From assembly GCA_044229975.1 (NCBI GenBank), contig JBGARZ010000008.1, positions 192,001 to 256,000 on the forward strand: 64,000 nt of DNA, read 5' to 3'. The position numbers were made by a program, and so were the translations under genes. The DNA comes from Polyangiales bacterium (GTDB taxonomy: Bacteria > Myxococcota_A > Polyangia > Polyangiales > Ga0077539). Below, in pieces: positions 37,557 to 47,400 of this stretch (its first letter is position 1; each line of letters opens with the position of its first letter). The notes beneath the pieces were generated by a model. It was not told the DNA's origin. It saw only the letters and a list, made by a program, of their open reading frames with translations, and did no database searches.

Positions 37557-38732
37557 GGCTGCCTCGACGCCCTCGCCGATCTCGGGCCCGTGCCACCAGA
37601 GGTACTTCAGCTTCGGGCAGGCGCCGTCGACGAGCAGCCTGGCGTTGGCGAGGTCGAGGCCAGAACCCAGCTCCAATCGCTCGACGTTGGCGAGCGCGGG
37701 AGAGCGCAGCACGGCGCCGAGCCCGGCCGGGGTCATGCCCGTCATGCCGAGCGCGAGCGACTTGAAGCGCTGGCCGCTCGACGCGATGGCCCGCGCCCCA
37801 TCGTCGCCGACGTCCGTCGCAGCGACGCTGAGGGTGTGGAGCGCGGGCGTCTGCGACAGCAGCGCCTCCAGGCCCGCCGCGCCGACGGTGGTGTTGTGGA
37901 TCAGGAGCGACTCCAGCGCAGGCAGCGCCGACATCCAGGCAGAGGGCGTCTCCGCGACGCGGTTGTGGCTCAGGCGCAGCCAGCGGAGCCGACGGGTCGC
38001 ATCGCCCGCCGCGAGCAGGTCGAGCGCGACGTCCGAGAGCTTGTTGTCCTGGAGGTTGAGCCAGGTGAGGCGGCGCGCCCACTCCATCTCGCCGAGCGCC
38101 CGCGCGGCGGAGGCGTCGAGGTCGTTGAAGCCCAGGTGCACGGCCGTGAGCGCGGCGAAGCCCGGCGCCTTCGCGAGCCCCAGGAGGCCCGCTTCGCCCA
38201 TGCGGTTCTGTTCGAGGTTGAGCTGTTCGAGATGGCTGAAGTCGGCGGCGCCCAGCACCTTGAGCGCGGGCGCCTTCATCTCGCAGGTCCACAGGCGCAG
38301 GGCGCGCCACTGCCGCCACGTTCCGTCGCCCTTGAGCGCCTTGAGAAAGCCGGCGGAGACCTTCGCCTGCTCGAAGCCCACCTGCGCGACGTGGGCGAGC
38401 CGCGCTCCGGGGTCGAGCAGGCACTCCAGCTTCTGGGTTCGCATCGGTCGTCGCGGGCTGTCGATGATGCGCGCCACGTCATGCCTGGGCGCGTACTGCC
38501 CCGAGTAGATCTCCTTCACCCAGTGCGGCGGCGCGCGTCGCAGCTCGATGCCCGGGTCGATGTTGAAGCCAGTCCACGGATCGAGCGTCGTCGGCCAGTG
38601 CGCGGAGGCGGCCTCGAACTCCCGCACCGCGGTCTCCTGCTCCGCGTGGTCGAGGGCGTCGAGCGCCCGGGTGATCTGCGTCCAGCGTTCGTGGGTGGGC
38701 GTTCCGGCGGCGAGGCTGCTCAGGGTCGACAT
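37515..38732 (-). CDS. Leucine-rich repeat protein (ribonuclease-inhibitor type)
   Basis: Repeats LEQLNLEQNRMG, LTAVHLGFNDL, LTWLNLQDNKL, LRWLRLSHNRV. Confidence 0.85.
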   Translation of the reverse strand: MSTLSSLAAGTPTHERWTQITRALDALDHAEQETAVREFEAASAHWPTTLDPWTGFNIDPGIELRRAPPHWVKEIYSGQYAPRHDVARIIDSPRRPMRTQKLECLLDPGARLAHVAQVGFEQAKVSAGFLKALKGDGTWRQWRALRLWTCEMKAPALKVLGAADFSHLEQLNLEQNRMGEAGLLGLAKAPGFAALTAVHLGFNDLDASAARALGEMEWARRLTWLNLQDNKLSDVALDLLAAGDATRRLRWLRLSHNRVAETPSAWMSALPALESLLIHNTTVGAAGLEALLSQTPALHTLSVAATDVGDDGARAIASSGQRFKSLALGMTGMTPAGLGAVLRSPALANVERLELGSGLDLANARLLVDGACPKLKYLWWHGPEIGEGVEAALRGNARIAATLPY

Positions 38733-38749
38733 CGGGCTTCGATAACACG

Positions 38750-39663
38750 CTACGACCGCGCGCCACCGAGGTGCTCGTGGCAGAGGGCCGCGAGTCGCTC
38801 GATGACCCACCGCGTCGCGGGCCCCGCAGCGAGGTCGGGCCGATGCACCAGCGAGAGCTTGAGCCGGTGCTCGTCGTCGGCCCACGCCGCCGGGCGCAGC
38901 CGCACGAGGCGTCCCTTCTCCAGGTCGCGTCGCGCGAGGTGCTCTGGCAGGTTGCCCCACCCGAGGCCCGCGCGGATGAGCGCGTGGCGCGTCGTCATGT
39001 CGACCACCCGCCACGTGTGCAGCGACAACACACCCTGGTCGGGCGCCCGCTCGTCGCCGCGCTCCGACAGGACGATCTGCGTCTCGGCCGAGAGCCGCGC
39101 GCTCGACACCCGCCCGCGCACCGACGCCAACGGATGCGACGGCGCCACCACCGGAACGAGCTGCACCGCCGCCAGCGGTCGACGCTCCAGTCCCGGGTCG
39201 GAAGCGGTCGGGCCCGCCACGCCGAGCAGGCAGGTGCCGTCGAGCACGCGCGCCCCCACCGCGCGCATCGTCTCGGTGTGCACCCTCAACGGAACCGTCG
39301 GAAACGCCCTCGCGAACTCCCGGCACAGCGCGACCAGCGCCGTCGTCGGGAAGATGGCGTCGACGCAGAGGGAGGCCGCGGGCTCCAGGCCCCCGACGAG
39401 CCCCTCGGCGAGCGAGCGAAGGGCGTCCGCGTCGCCGCACACCTTGCGCGCGGCGGCCAGCACCGCGGCGCCCTGCGGCGTGAGCGTGGGGACGCGGGTG
39501 GCGCGGTCCCACAGCGCGAGCCCGAGCTGCGCTTCGAGGGAGGCGACGGCGTGGCTGACGGAGGACTGCGCGCGGCGCAACCGTCGCGCGGCGGCCGAGA
39601 AGCTCCCGGTCTCGGCGACGGTCACCAGCACGCGGAGCTGGTCGAGGGTGATCGCGTCGGCGG

Positions 39664-39667
<4 letters not shown>
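38750..39667 (-). CDS. LysR family transcriptional regulator
   Basis: LDQLRVLVTVAETGSFSAAARRLRRAQSSVS; GLGWGNLPEH. Confidence 0.95.
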
Positions 39668-40359
<692 letters not shown>

Positions 40360-40428
40360 TGGTGACCTCACGACAGGGAACATGAGCCCTCCCGACCATC
40401 GACGAAACTGGTATTCGGTCGATGCGTA

Positions 40429-40447
40429 CCATCGACATGGTCGATGG
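40429..40447. promoter_or_regulatory. LysR-type binding site CCATCGAC-ATG-GTCGATGG upstream of pirin
   Basis: Perfect 8-bp arms fitting T-N11-A (ATC-N9-GAT). Related half-sites at ~40396-40424. Confidence 0.7.
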
Positions 40448-40537
40448 GTGGAATGGACAACCGGGAGGGCGAGAGCGCGAGGTCTCGGGCGTAGGAGGGG
40501 TCGGTGCGATCGACGGCCAGGGGGTCGTGTTTTGGGC

Positions 40538-40569
40538 CCACGCCGCGGCGTCAGCGCGGCGCGCAACGG
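40538..40569 (+). repeat. Solo copy of the 32-bp REP-like unit from the 27.4-kb palindrome
   Basis: CCACGCCGCGGCGTCAGCGCGGCGCGCAACGG is identical to the reverse complement of 27491-27522 and 30/32 to 27425-27456. Confidence 0.9.
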
Positions 40570-40592
40570 TCAGGCTCGCAGTCGCGCGCCCT

Positions 40593-41534
40593 CTACACGC
40601 CGGCGGGCTCGATCTGGCAGCGGGCGCGGGCCTCGTCGAGGGGGAGGGTCATGAGGGGCCAGTAGTCCCACTGGTGGGTCACGTCGACGTTGCAGCGGGC
40701 GCCGCGCTCGATGGCCCAGAGCACCTTCGCGGGGTCGAAGTTGCCCACCTCGGGGTCGACGGGCGGCGAGATCTTGATGCCGTGGTGAAACTGCAACAGC
40801 ACGAACTGGAGGAAGAAGAAGCCGTCGTCGCGGCGGTTGCCCGCCTGGAAGGAGCCCTGCTGGATCTCGCCCGACGGCGTCGTGTCGTGGTTGGCCAGCA
40901 CGTGCGCGATGTCGTGATACGCGACCGAGTCGGGGATGCCCTCGGGCTCACCGGGGAAGTTGAACCCGAGCTTCGTCAGGTGCTTCCAGTACTCGCGGCC
41001 GAGCGTCCCGTCGGGCAGCAGCCCCAGGCGCTTGTACTTCGACAGCTTGTCGGCGTTGACGCGGGCGCGCAGCAGGATCGCCCCGGCGAAGCGCAGCACC
41101 CCCCAGACGCCCTCGGCCGTGTAGGCCTCCCGCAGCATCGCCGTGAGCCCGCGCCGGGCGGTGAGCAGCCGCGCCCTGTTTCGAGCGCCCCGGGCGAGGG
41201 CGCGCAGCACCGCGACCACCGGCTCGCCCACGCCGAGCGCGCGATCGAGCGCGGCGACGAAGTCCACCGAGGCCGCGCGGACGGGGTTGTTCAGGAGCAC
41301 CGCCACCGCCGCGAGCTGCACCAGTCGCTTGCGGGCGTTGGACCCGTCGATGCGAACGTCGGCCGGTCGCGCGGGCGGCGGGTCGCCAGCGGGCAGCGTG
41401 TAGCCCGTGATGGCCGCGTAGGTTTCGAGAAAGGCGCGCTCGGGGGCGAGCAGATCAGGGGCCGGGCTCAGGGCGGTGCGGAGCACCTGGAAGACCTCAT
41501 CGAGCTGCTCACGGGAGAAGACGTTGATGTTCAT
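40593..41534 (-). CDS. Coq4-like putative metal-binding protein
   Basis: LPDGTLGREY and HDIAH-x11-E motif. Confidence 0.7.
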   Translation of the reverse strand: MNINVFSREQLDEVFQVLRTALSPAPDLLAPERAFLETYAAITGYTLPAGDPPPARPADVRIDGSNARKRLVQLAAVAVLLNNPVRAASVDFVAALDRALGVGEPVVAVLRALARGARNRARLLTARRGLTAMLREAYTAEGVWGVLRFAGAILLRARVNADKLSKYKRLGLLPDGTLGREYWKHLTKLGFNFPGEPEGIPDSVAYHDIAHVLANHDTTPSGEIQQGSFQAGNRRDDGFFFLQFVLLQFHHGIKISPPVDPEVGNFDPAKVLWAIERGARCNVDVTHQWDYWPLMTLPLDEARARCQIEPAGV

Positions 41535-41977
41535 GGCGAACGCTCCTTCTTGAACTGCGAAACAACGGCGAACATCTGCTGGGACATGGGAGCCGGCAGG
41601 GTGGAGGCGACCTCGACGATGGCCGCGACGCGCTCGACGCTCATCTGGTCGAGGAGGCGCTCGCCGGCCTTGCTGCACGTGATGACCCGGGCGCGCTTGT
41701 CGTTCGGGTCGGCGCGACGCAGCACCAGCCGCCGGGCGACGAGGCCGGTGACGATGCGGCTCGCGGCGGAGACCGAGACCTCCAGCCGCGCGGCGAGCGC
41801 CTGCACCGAGATGCCTCGCTCGCGACCGACGATGTGCAGCGCGGCGACCTCGGCGATGGTGAAGTTGCTCTGGGCGAGGTAGGCGCTGAGCTTTCGCAGG
41901 ATGTGCGTGAACATCTCGCGCGTCAGCCGCTCGATGGGGGTCCCGAGGATGGCGTCGTCGTGCTCCACGAACGGCAT
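41531..41977 (-). CDS. MarR family transcriptional regulator
   Basis: LAARLEVSVSAASRIVTGL, DPNDKRAR; ATGA overlap with the downstream gene. Confidence 0.92.
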   Translation of the reverse strand: MPFVEHDDAILGTPIERLTREMFTHILRKLSAYLAQSNFTIAEVAALHIVGRERGISVQALAARLEVSVSAASRIVTGLVARRLVLRRADPNDKRARVITCSKAGERLLDQMSVERVAAIVEVASTLPAPMSQQMFAVVSQFKKERSP

Positions 41978-42012
41978 CAATGGGCGATGCTTGCGAGCTG
42001 ACAAGGATGTAG

Positions 42013-42026
42013 TTGCGATGTCGCAA
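42013..42026. promoter_or_regulatory. Putative MarR operator TTGCGA-TG-TCGCAA
   Basis: Perfect 6-bp arms in an AT-richer patch 35 bp upstream of the MarR start. Confidence 0.6.
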
Positions 42027-42093
42027 TCATTTTCGTGGCGACCGGGGGAGGGACATCGCCGGGGCTGCGCTTCGGGTAGTAGCGTCGTCCGCC

Positions 42094-43620
42094 ATGAAGG
42101 CGACGATCACCACGTTGAAGGGCAAGGGGTGGGTGCAGAGCCTCGCGCTCGCCCCCGACGGCACCCTCTGGGCGGTCTCCTACCGCGACAACCTGCTGCG
42201 CTCGACGGACCTGGGCGACACCTGGGAGGCGGTTTCGTCGCCGACGACGAAGTGGCTGACCGTGGTGGCCGTGACGCCCGACGGTGCAGTGCTGGTCGGC
42301 GACGAGAAGGGCGCCCTCCACGAGAGCAGCGACCTCGGCCAGAGCTGGGAGCACACGCCCCTGCGCGGAGGGAAGACCCCGTGGTGTGCGCTGGTCACGG
42401 GCGACGCGGTGTTCGTGGGCGGCGGCAACGTCTTCCGCCGGCGGCTCGGCGAGGCCGGGTGGTCGCCCGCGAAGAAGGGCCCGCGCGGCTTCACCGTGCG
42501 AGCGCTCTCCCGCACGGACGACGGCGCCCTCTTCGCGTACTGCCGCGAGATGAACCGCGACCGCGCAGGGTGGCGCTCGCTCGACGGCGGCGACACCTGG
42601 GAACGCCTGTTGATGGAGACCGGCAACGACATCCTCGCTCTGCACGCGAGCGGCGACCGCGTGTACGCCCTGCTGGCCTCGAACGAGCTGCTCTCCTCGC
42701 ACGACCGCGGCGCGACGTGGGCGCGGCACCCGCTGCCCTTCAAGGCGACCGGCGCAGGGCTCTGGTCGGCGGGGCGCACCGTCTACGCGCTCGACGTGGC
42801 GACGGGCCGCGACGAGGACGACGGCGAGGTCTGGCGCTCGCTCGACGGCGCCTCGACCTGGGAGCTCATGGGCGAGTTTGCTCCGGGCGCGCGTACGCTC
42901 GTCGCGACCGCCCAGGGAGACATCGTCGCGGGCGGATCGTTGAACGACCGCGGCGCCACGGGCCGTTGGCGTGACCCCGCGGTGGCGGCCTTCATGGCAG
43001 CGCACCCCCTCGCGCCACGCGCCGCACCTGCTCCGTCACCACCTGCATCGAAGACCGAGGCGTCGGTCGAAGCCCTGATGCTCGATCGATTGCTGACCGT
43101 GTGGAGGGCGAAGCGTCACCCGAAGCCCGCGAAGCTCATCGAGCGGTTGGGCAAGCGATGCGCGCCGAAGGACAGGCCGACGACACAAGCGCAGTGGATG
43201 ACGCTCGCGAAGCGCAAGCGGCCAGAGGACCTGTCGGCGCTGCTGGCGACCTGGCGCGACGGGACGATGGCCGAGGTGCGCCTGCGCTTCGACGCGCTGG
43301 AGACCTTCGACGACGACCCGCGGCTGGCCGCGGCGCTGGCGGCGTTCGTGCGGGAGTTCGCCTACGGGGCGACGTCGTCGAAGCCGCTCTGGAACGCCGT
43401 GGGAGCGCGGCTCATCGCACTAGGCGACCGGCGGACGACGGTAATCGTGGAGGCCGCGGCGAAGGGGCCGATCGCGGTGGACGGAGCGATCATGAAGGCG
43501 TGGTTGACGAAGTTCGTCCGGAAGCTCGCGTGGGAGCTCGAAGGCGCGTGCGGGTACGGCACGCCGCTCGACGCGGGGGAGCTCGCGCTGTGCGAGGAGG
43601 CCGAGCGGCTGCTGAAGTGA
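42094..43620 (+). CDS. Asp-box (BNR) beta-propeller protein with helical C-terminal domain
   Basis: STDLGDTW, SSDLGQSW, SLDGGDTW, SHDRGATW, SLDGASTW; C-terminal DDPRLA-containing helical domain. Confidence 0.8.
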   Translation: MKATITTLKGKGWVQSLALAPDGTLWAVSYRDNLLRSTDLGDTWEAVSSPTTKWLTVVAVTPDGAVLVGDEKGALHESSDLGQSWEHTPLRGGKTPWCALVTGDAVFVGGGNVFRRRLGEAGWSPAKKGPRGFTVRALSRTDDGALFAYCREMNRDRAGWRSLDGGDTWERLLMETGNDILALHASGDRVYALLASNELLSSHDRGATWARHPLPFKATGAGLWSAGRTVYALDVATGRDEDDGEVWRSLDGASTWELMGEFAPGARTLVATAQGDIVAGGSLNDRGATGRWRDPAVAAFMAAHPLAPRAAPAPSPPASKTEASVEALMLDRLLTVWRAKRHPKPAKLIERLGKRCAPKDRPTTQAQWMTLAKRKRPEDLSALLATWRDGTMAEVRLRFDALETFDDDPRLAAALAAFVREFAYGATSSKPLWNAVGARLIALGDRRTTVIVEAAAKGPIAVDGAIMKAWLTKFVRKLAWELEGACGYGTPLDAGELALCEEAERLLK

Positions 43621-43631
43621 CGGCGACGCGT

Positions 43632-43801
43632 TGAGAGGCGAAGTCGCAAGGGCGCAAGGGCCGCAAGGAGGACGCGTGCTCAGACGAAGTAGCGGTACAG
43701 GTTTGAAGTAGCCTCGATCGATGAGTGCGCGTGTGATTCGCGCGGGCAGCTTGTCCCGTCTCTCCCTTGCGACCCCTGCGCCCTTGCGGCTTCGTCTCTC
43801 A
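43632..43801. repeat. Imperfect ~40-bp inverted repeat built of CGCAAGGG units, between convergent genes
   Basis: 43632-43670 versus the reverse complement of 43762-43801: 4 transitions + 1 indel. Confidence 0.85.
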
Positions 43802-43860
43802 CCGCAGACTCCGACCGCAGTCCCGCGGTCAGACTCCGTCCAGCCACGGCTCTGGCGTCG

Positions 43861-44760
43861 TCACACCCTCACCAGCCGCGCTTTCGCCCTGCCCTCGCCC
43901 CGCACGATCGCCCCGATCACCTCCGCCGCCTCGGCCGCCGCCGGCGTGCATCGCGAGAACAACTCCGTCGCCGCCACCGCCCACAGCCCCGCGTCGCGCA
44001 CCGCCCGCAGCCCCGCCACCTCCGGTCGCTTGAGCAGCTCCGCCGCCTCCCGCGTCGCCTGATGCAGCGAGTACCCGCACGGCATGAACACCACCACGTC
44101 CGGGTCGGCCGCCGCGATCTCCGTCCACGTCGCGCGCCGCGACGGCGCACCCGGCGCGCTCAACACGTTCTCCCCTCCCGCCACCGCGACCAGCTCGGGC
44201 ACCCAATGCCCTCCCAGAAACGGCGGGTCACCCCACTCCAGCGTGAGCACCCTCGGCCGCGGTCTCCCCGCGACACTCCGCGCCACCGCATCGAGCCGCC
44301 CGCGCGTCGCGGCGATCACTGCATCCGCCCTCTCACGCGCACCGAGCGCATCGCCCACTCGCGCGAGGTCGGCGTAGAGCCCGTCGAGCGAGGTCGCCGT
44401 CAGCATCACCAGCCGCGCGCCCGTCGGCAGGTCGCACGCCGCCGTCTCGGCGTTGACCGCGCAGACGTCGCACACGTCCTGCGAGAGCACCACGTCGGGC
44501 GCGAGCGCGGCGAGCAGCGCGCGGTCGGTGCGGTAGAGGCCCTGCCCGTCGAGCACGGCGTCCACCACGAGGCGATCGATCTCGGCGGGCGGCAGCGACG
44601 GACCGTCCTCCGTCGGCGCCGGAATCACGCTGCGGGTGAGCACCGGCTTCCCCGCGGCGATGGCGTGGTCGCACTCGTGGGAGACGCCCACGAGGTGCTC
44701 GCCCAGGCCGAGCGCGGCGACGAGGTCGGTGCCCGAGGGGATGAGGCTCGCGACGCGCAT
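43861..44760 (-). CDS. Cobalamin/iron-siderophore-binding family protein (BtuF-like, no signal peptide)
   Basis: RVASLIPSGTD, VGVSHECD, QDVCDVCAV, EWGDPPFLGGHWVPE, MPCGY. Confidence 0.88.
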   Translation of the reverse strand: MRVASLIPSGTDLVAALGLGEHLVGVSHECDHAIAAGKPVLTRSVIPAPTEDGPSLPPAEIDRLVVDAVLDGQGLYRTDRALLAALAPDVVLSQDVCDVCAVNAETAACDLPTGARLVMLTATSLDGLYADLARVGDALGARERADAVIAATRGRLDAVARSVAGRPRPRVLTLEWGDPPFLGGHWVPELVAVAGGENVLSAPGAPSRRATWTEIAAADPDVVVFMPCGYSLHQATREAAELLKRPEVAGLRAVRDAGLWAVAATELFSRCTPAAAEAAEVIGAIVRGEGRAKARLVRV

Positions 44761-44765
44761 GGTCG

Positions 44766-46004
44766 CTACGGCGTCATGCGAACGGGCGGCGGACCCGCGG
44801 TCTGGAGGCGGTCGTCCCAGCGGGCGCCGTCGTTGGCCAGCATGGCGGTGATCCACTGCGAGACGGTGACGCCCTCGACGGCGAGGTTGTACATGCTCTC
44901 GATGCGCACCGAGCCGATCTGCGAGGCGAAGTTGGGCGGGAGCTCGACCGCGCGGAGGTTGGTGCCGATGACGCCGGCGGGTGTTCCGAGCAGGGCGGTG
45001 TGCCCGCTGCCGTCGTAGAGGAAGCGCCGGTAGCGGTCGGGGTGCGCGGTGTGGACGGCGCCGGTCTCGGCGGCGAGCGCGTCGCGGAAGGCCGTCGGGG
45101 TCGTGCGCAGGAAGAGGTCGCCGATGATGAAGTCGTACCAGGACGAGAGCGCCGCGACGCGCACGTTGGGGTCGTGGTCGAGGAGGTAGCGGACGAGCCC
45201 GATGATGTGCCCATCGCGCGTGCAGTCGGTGCAGTCGCTCGGGATGAAGCCCCGCGCGCCGAACTCGTCGAGGATGCGCCCGAGGAAGGCGTCGTCGCCC
45301 GTGCGCGCGACCCCGACGCCCGAGTCGTTGATCACGTAGAGCGGCGCGTCGGGGTAGACGTAGCGCACGAGGAAGGCCGCGAGGATCGTCCCGAAGCCGC
45401 CGCCCGAGCTGCCCGCGAGCACGACACGACGCGGACGGGGGAAGCGGCGGTAGCCTGCGGTGAGGGCAGCCGAGAGGTTCTGGAGGCCGTGGTGGATGCG
45501 GTCGGGGGTGCCGTCGTTGTTCTCGTCGAGGCTACGATCGCCCGCGAAGAGCGAGCCGTCGCAGTACGGGAGATACAGCACGTCGAAGTCGCGCAGCGGG
45601 CCTTCGGGCGTGGTGCGCAGGAGGTCCATCGAGGGGATGCCGACGGGCGCCGCGGTGACCGCGAGGCAGAAGTCGCTCCAGCAGGCGCCGCCCCCCTGGA
45701 GGAAGATGAGGAGGTCGTCGCTCGCGCCCTCGCGCACCGACGCGCGGTACTCGCCGCCGCGCATGCACACCGGACCGTCGGCGGGGTTGAACGTGTACGT
45801 CGTGACGCCCGCGGCGTTGGTGGCGGTGTTCGCGGGCGCGGCCGTGGCGAGGTAGCGGGTGATGCCCGCGCGGTAGGCGATGGCCGCGGGCGACGAGGCG
45901 GCGGGCACGTAGCGCAGGGGCTCCGGGGCGGGCGCGGGATCATCGGCGCACGCGGTGGCGAGAGCGGTGAGCGCGGCGAGGAGGAAGCGGGGTCGGAGGT
46001 TCAT
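44766..46004 (-). CDS. Pectinacetylesterase/Notum family lipoprotein hydrolase
   Basis: Lipobox LATAC; FLQGGGACW, PYCDGS, GSSGGGFG. Confidence 0.85.
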   Translation of the reverse strand: MNLRPRFLLAALTALATACADDPAPAPEPLRYVPAASSPAAIAYRAGITRYLATAAPANTATNAAGVTTYTFNPADGPVCMRGGEYRASVREGASDDLLIFLQGGGACWSDFCLAVTAAPVGIPSMDLLRTTPEGPLRDFDVLYLPYCDGSLFAGDRSLDENNDGTPDRIHHGLQNLSAALTAGYRRFPRPRRVVLAGSSGGGFGTILAAFLVRYVYPDAPLYVINDSGVGVARTGDDAFLGRILDEFGARGFIPSDCTDCTRDGHIIGLVRYLLDHDPNVRVAALSSWYDFIIGDLFLRTTPTAFRDALAAETGAVHTAHPDRYRRFLYDGSGHTALLGTPAGVIGTNLRAVELPPNFASQIGSVRIESMYNLAVEGVTVSQWITAMLANDGARWDDRLQTAGPPPVRMTP

Positions 46005-46127
46005 CGCGGGCACGGATGGTACAGGGGCGCGAGGGAGCGGTGGGAGCGGCCCGAGGTCAGAAGGTGCCGCCGAGGCCGAGCACGAGAGACAGACCCGACC
46101 CTGGCCTGCACCGCTGTCACGCCAACC

Positions 46128-46192
46128 TCCATACTGTGGCGTATTGACTTCCCGGCCCGGAGGTCCCCTTGTTCCATACCGAACCGTATGGA
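46128..46192. promoter_or_regulatory. Two TCCATAC-N6-GTAT(G/T)GA operators, the first overlapping a TTGACT -35-like box
   Basis: 46128-46147 TCCATACTGTGGCGTATTGA; 46173-46192 TCCATACCGAACCGTATGGA; TTGACT at 46144-46149. Confidence 0.7.
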
Positions 46193-46270
46193 CACCCCCC
46201 GGGAGGCCACCATGAGACCCATCGTCGTCCGTGAGACCGTCGTCTGTTCCTGCGCCGTGGGCGGTGCGTC

Positions 46271-46690
46271 GTGAGGCTCATCCTCGGCGTCGCGGCCTCC
46301 GCCACGCTCGCCAGCGTCGCTGCGTTGCACCTCTTCTGGGCGGCGCGCGGTAGCTCCTCGCTCGGCGCCGCGGTGCCCGAGGTCAACGGCGCCCCGGCGT
46401 TTCGCCCCACGCGCGTGCACTCGATGGCCGTCGCGGTCGCCCTCACCACCGGCGCGGGCCTCATGCTCTCGGCGCTCGGTGCGCCGCTGGGTGTTCCGGT
46501 AGCGCTCGCCCGAGTGGGCTGCGGGGCGATGGCGCTCGTCCTGGCCGCGCGCACCGTCGGCGACCTCCGCCTCGTCGGCCTCTTCAAGAACCGCACGATC
46601 CGCTCGCGCTTCGCCACCTGGGACGACCGCCTCTACACGCCGCTCTGCGCCGCGCTGTGCGTCAGCTCGCTCGTCGTGGCCCTCGGCTGA
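46271..46690 (+). CDS. DUF3995-like membrane protein
   Basis: ALHLFWAARG, PAFRP, RTVGDLRLVGLFK, FATWDDRLYTPLC. Confidence 0.8.
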   Translation: MRLILGVAASATLASVAALHLFWAARGSSSLGAAVPEVNGAPAFRPTRVHSMAVAVALTTGAGLMLSALGAPLGVPVALARVGCGAMALVLAARTVGDLRLVGLFKNRTIRSRFATWDDRLYTPLCAALCVSSLVVALG

Positions 46691-46713
46691 CCGCGCACCG
46701 AAGTCGCGAGGTG

Positions 46714-47400
46714 ATGACCCTGCAGGTGCTTCAAGGCAGACACCGGGTCCATCCGGTGGTGATCGTCGGCGGCGGATACGCCGGGGTGCTCGCGGCCAAC
46801 CGCATCGCGGGAAGAGCTGGCGGCGCCGCGCGGGTCGTCCTCGTCAGCGATCGGGAGGAGTTCGTCCATCGGGTTCGTCTCCATGAGCTCGCGAGCGGAG
46901 GAGCGCCGCCGCGATACCCGCTGTCGACCCTGCTGCGTCGCGGTGTCGAGCACGTGCACGGCCGGGTCGAACGCGCCCTCGCGTACGGACCGTTCTGGCT
47001 GAAGGTCGAGCGCTGGCTGCCGGGGAGCTACGTCTGGCCGGGGTGCTTCTCTCGCCGCTCATCGGAGCGAGGAGAGCCCGCGGTCACGGTGCTGCTCTCG
47101 CTTGCGGCGCTGGCGGCGACGCTCGTCGATGCGCTGAGGCGCCCGTCGCGCCGGGCGGCGGCCGTGCGACTGATCGCGTGGGTGAACCTCGGCTTCGTCG
47201 GCGCGCGCTGCCTCGCCGTCGCGCGAACGGGCTTCGGCGGAATGGGCGCGATGTGGTTGGCGCTCGCGCTCGAAGGCGCGTTGCTGGGGGCGGCGATGTG
47301 GCTGGGTCGGGGCGACTACTGCAACGTCCAGGTCTCGCCGTACTCCCAGCCGCCGCGGACCAGCACGTCGACCTCCACGGTCGAACCGCTGACGTCGTAG
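46714..47400 (+). pseudogene. Truncated FAD-dependent (NDH-2-like) oxidoreductase N-terminus fused to an unrelated membrane fragment
   Basis: VVIVGGGYAG and FVHRVRLHE, with homology ending after ~88 aa. The ORF runs 85 bp into the convergent gene. Confidence 0.65.
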
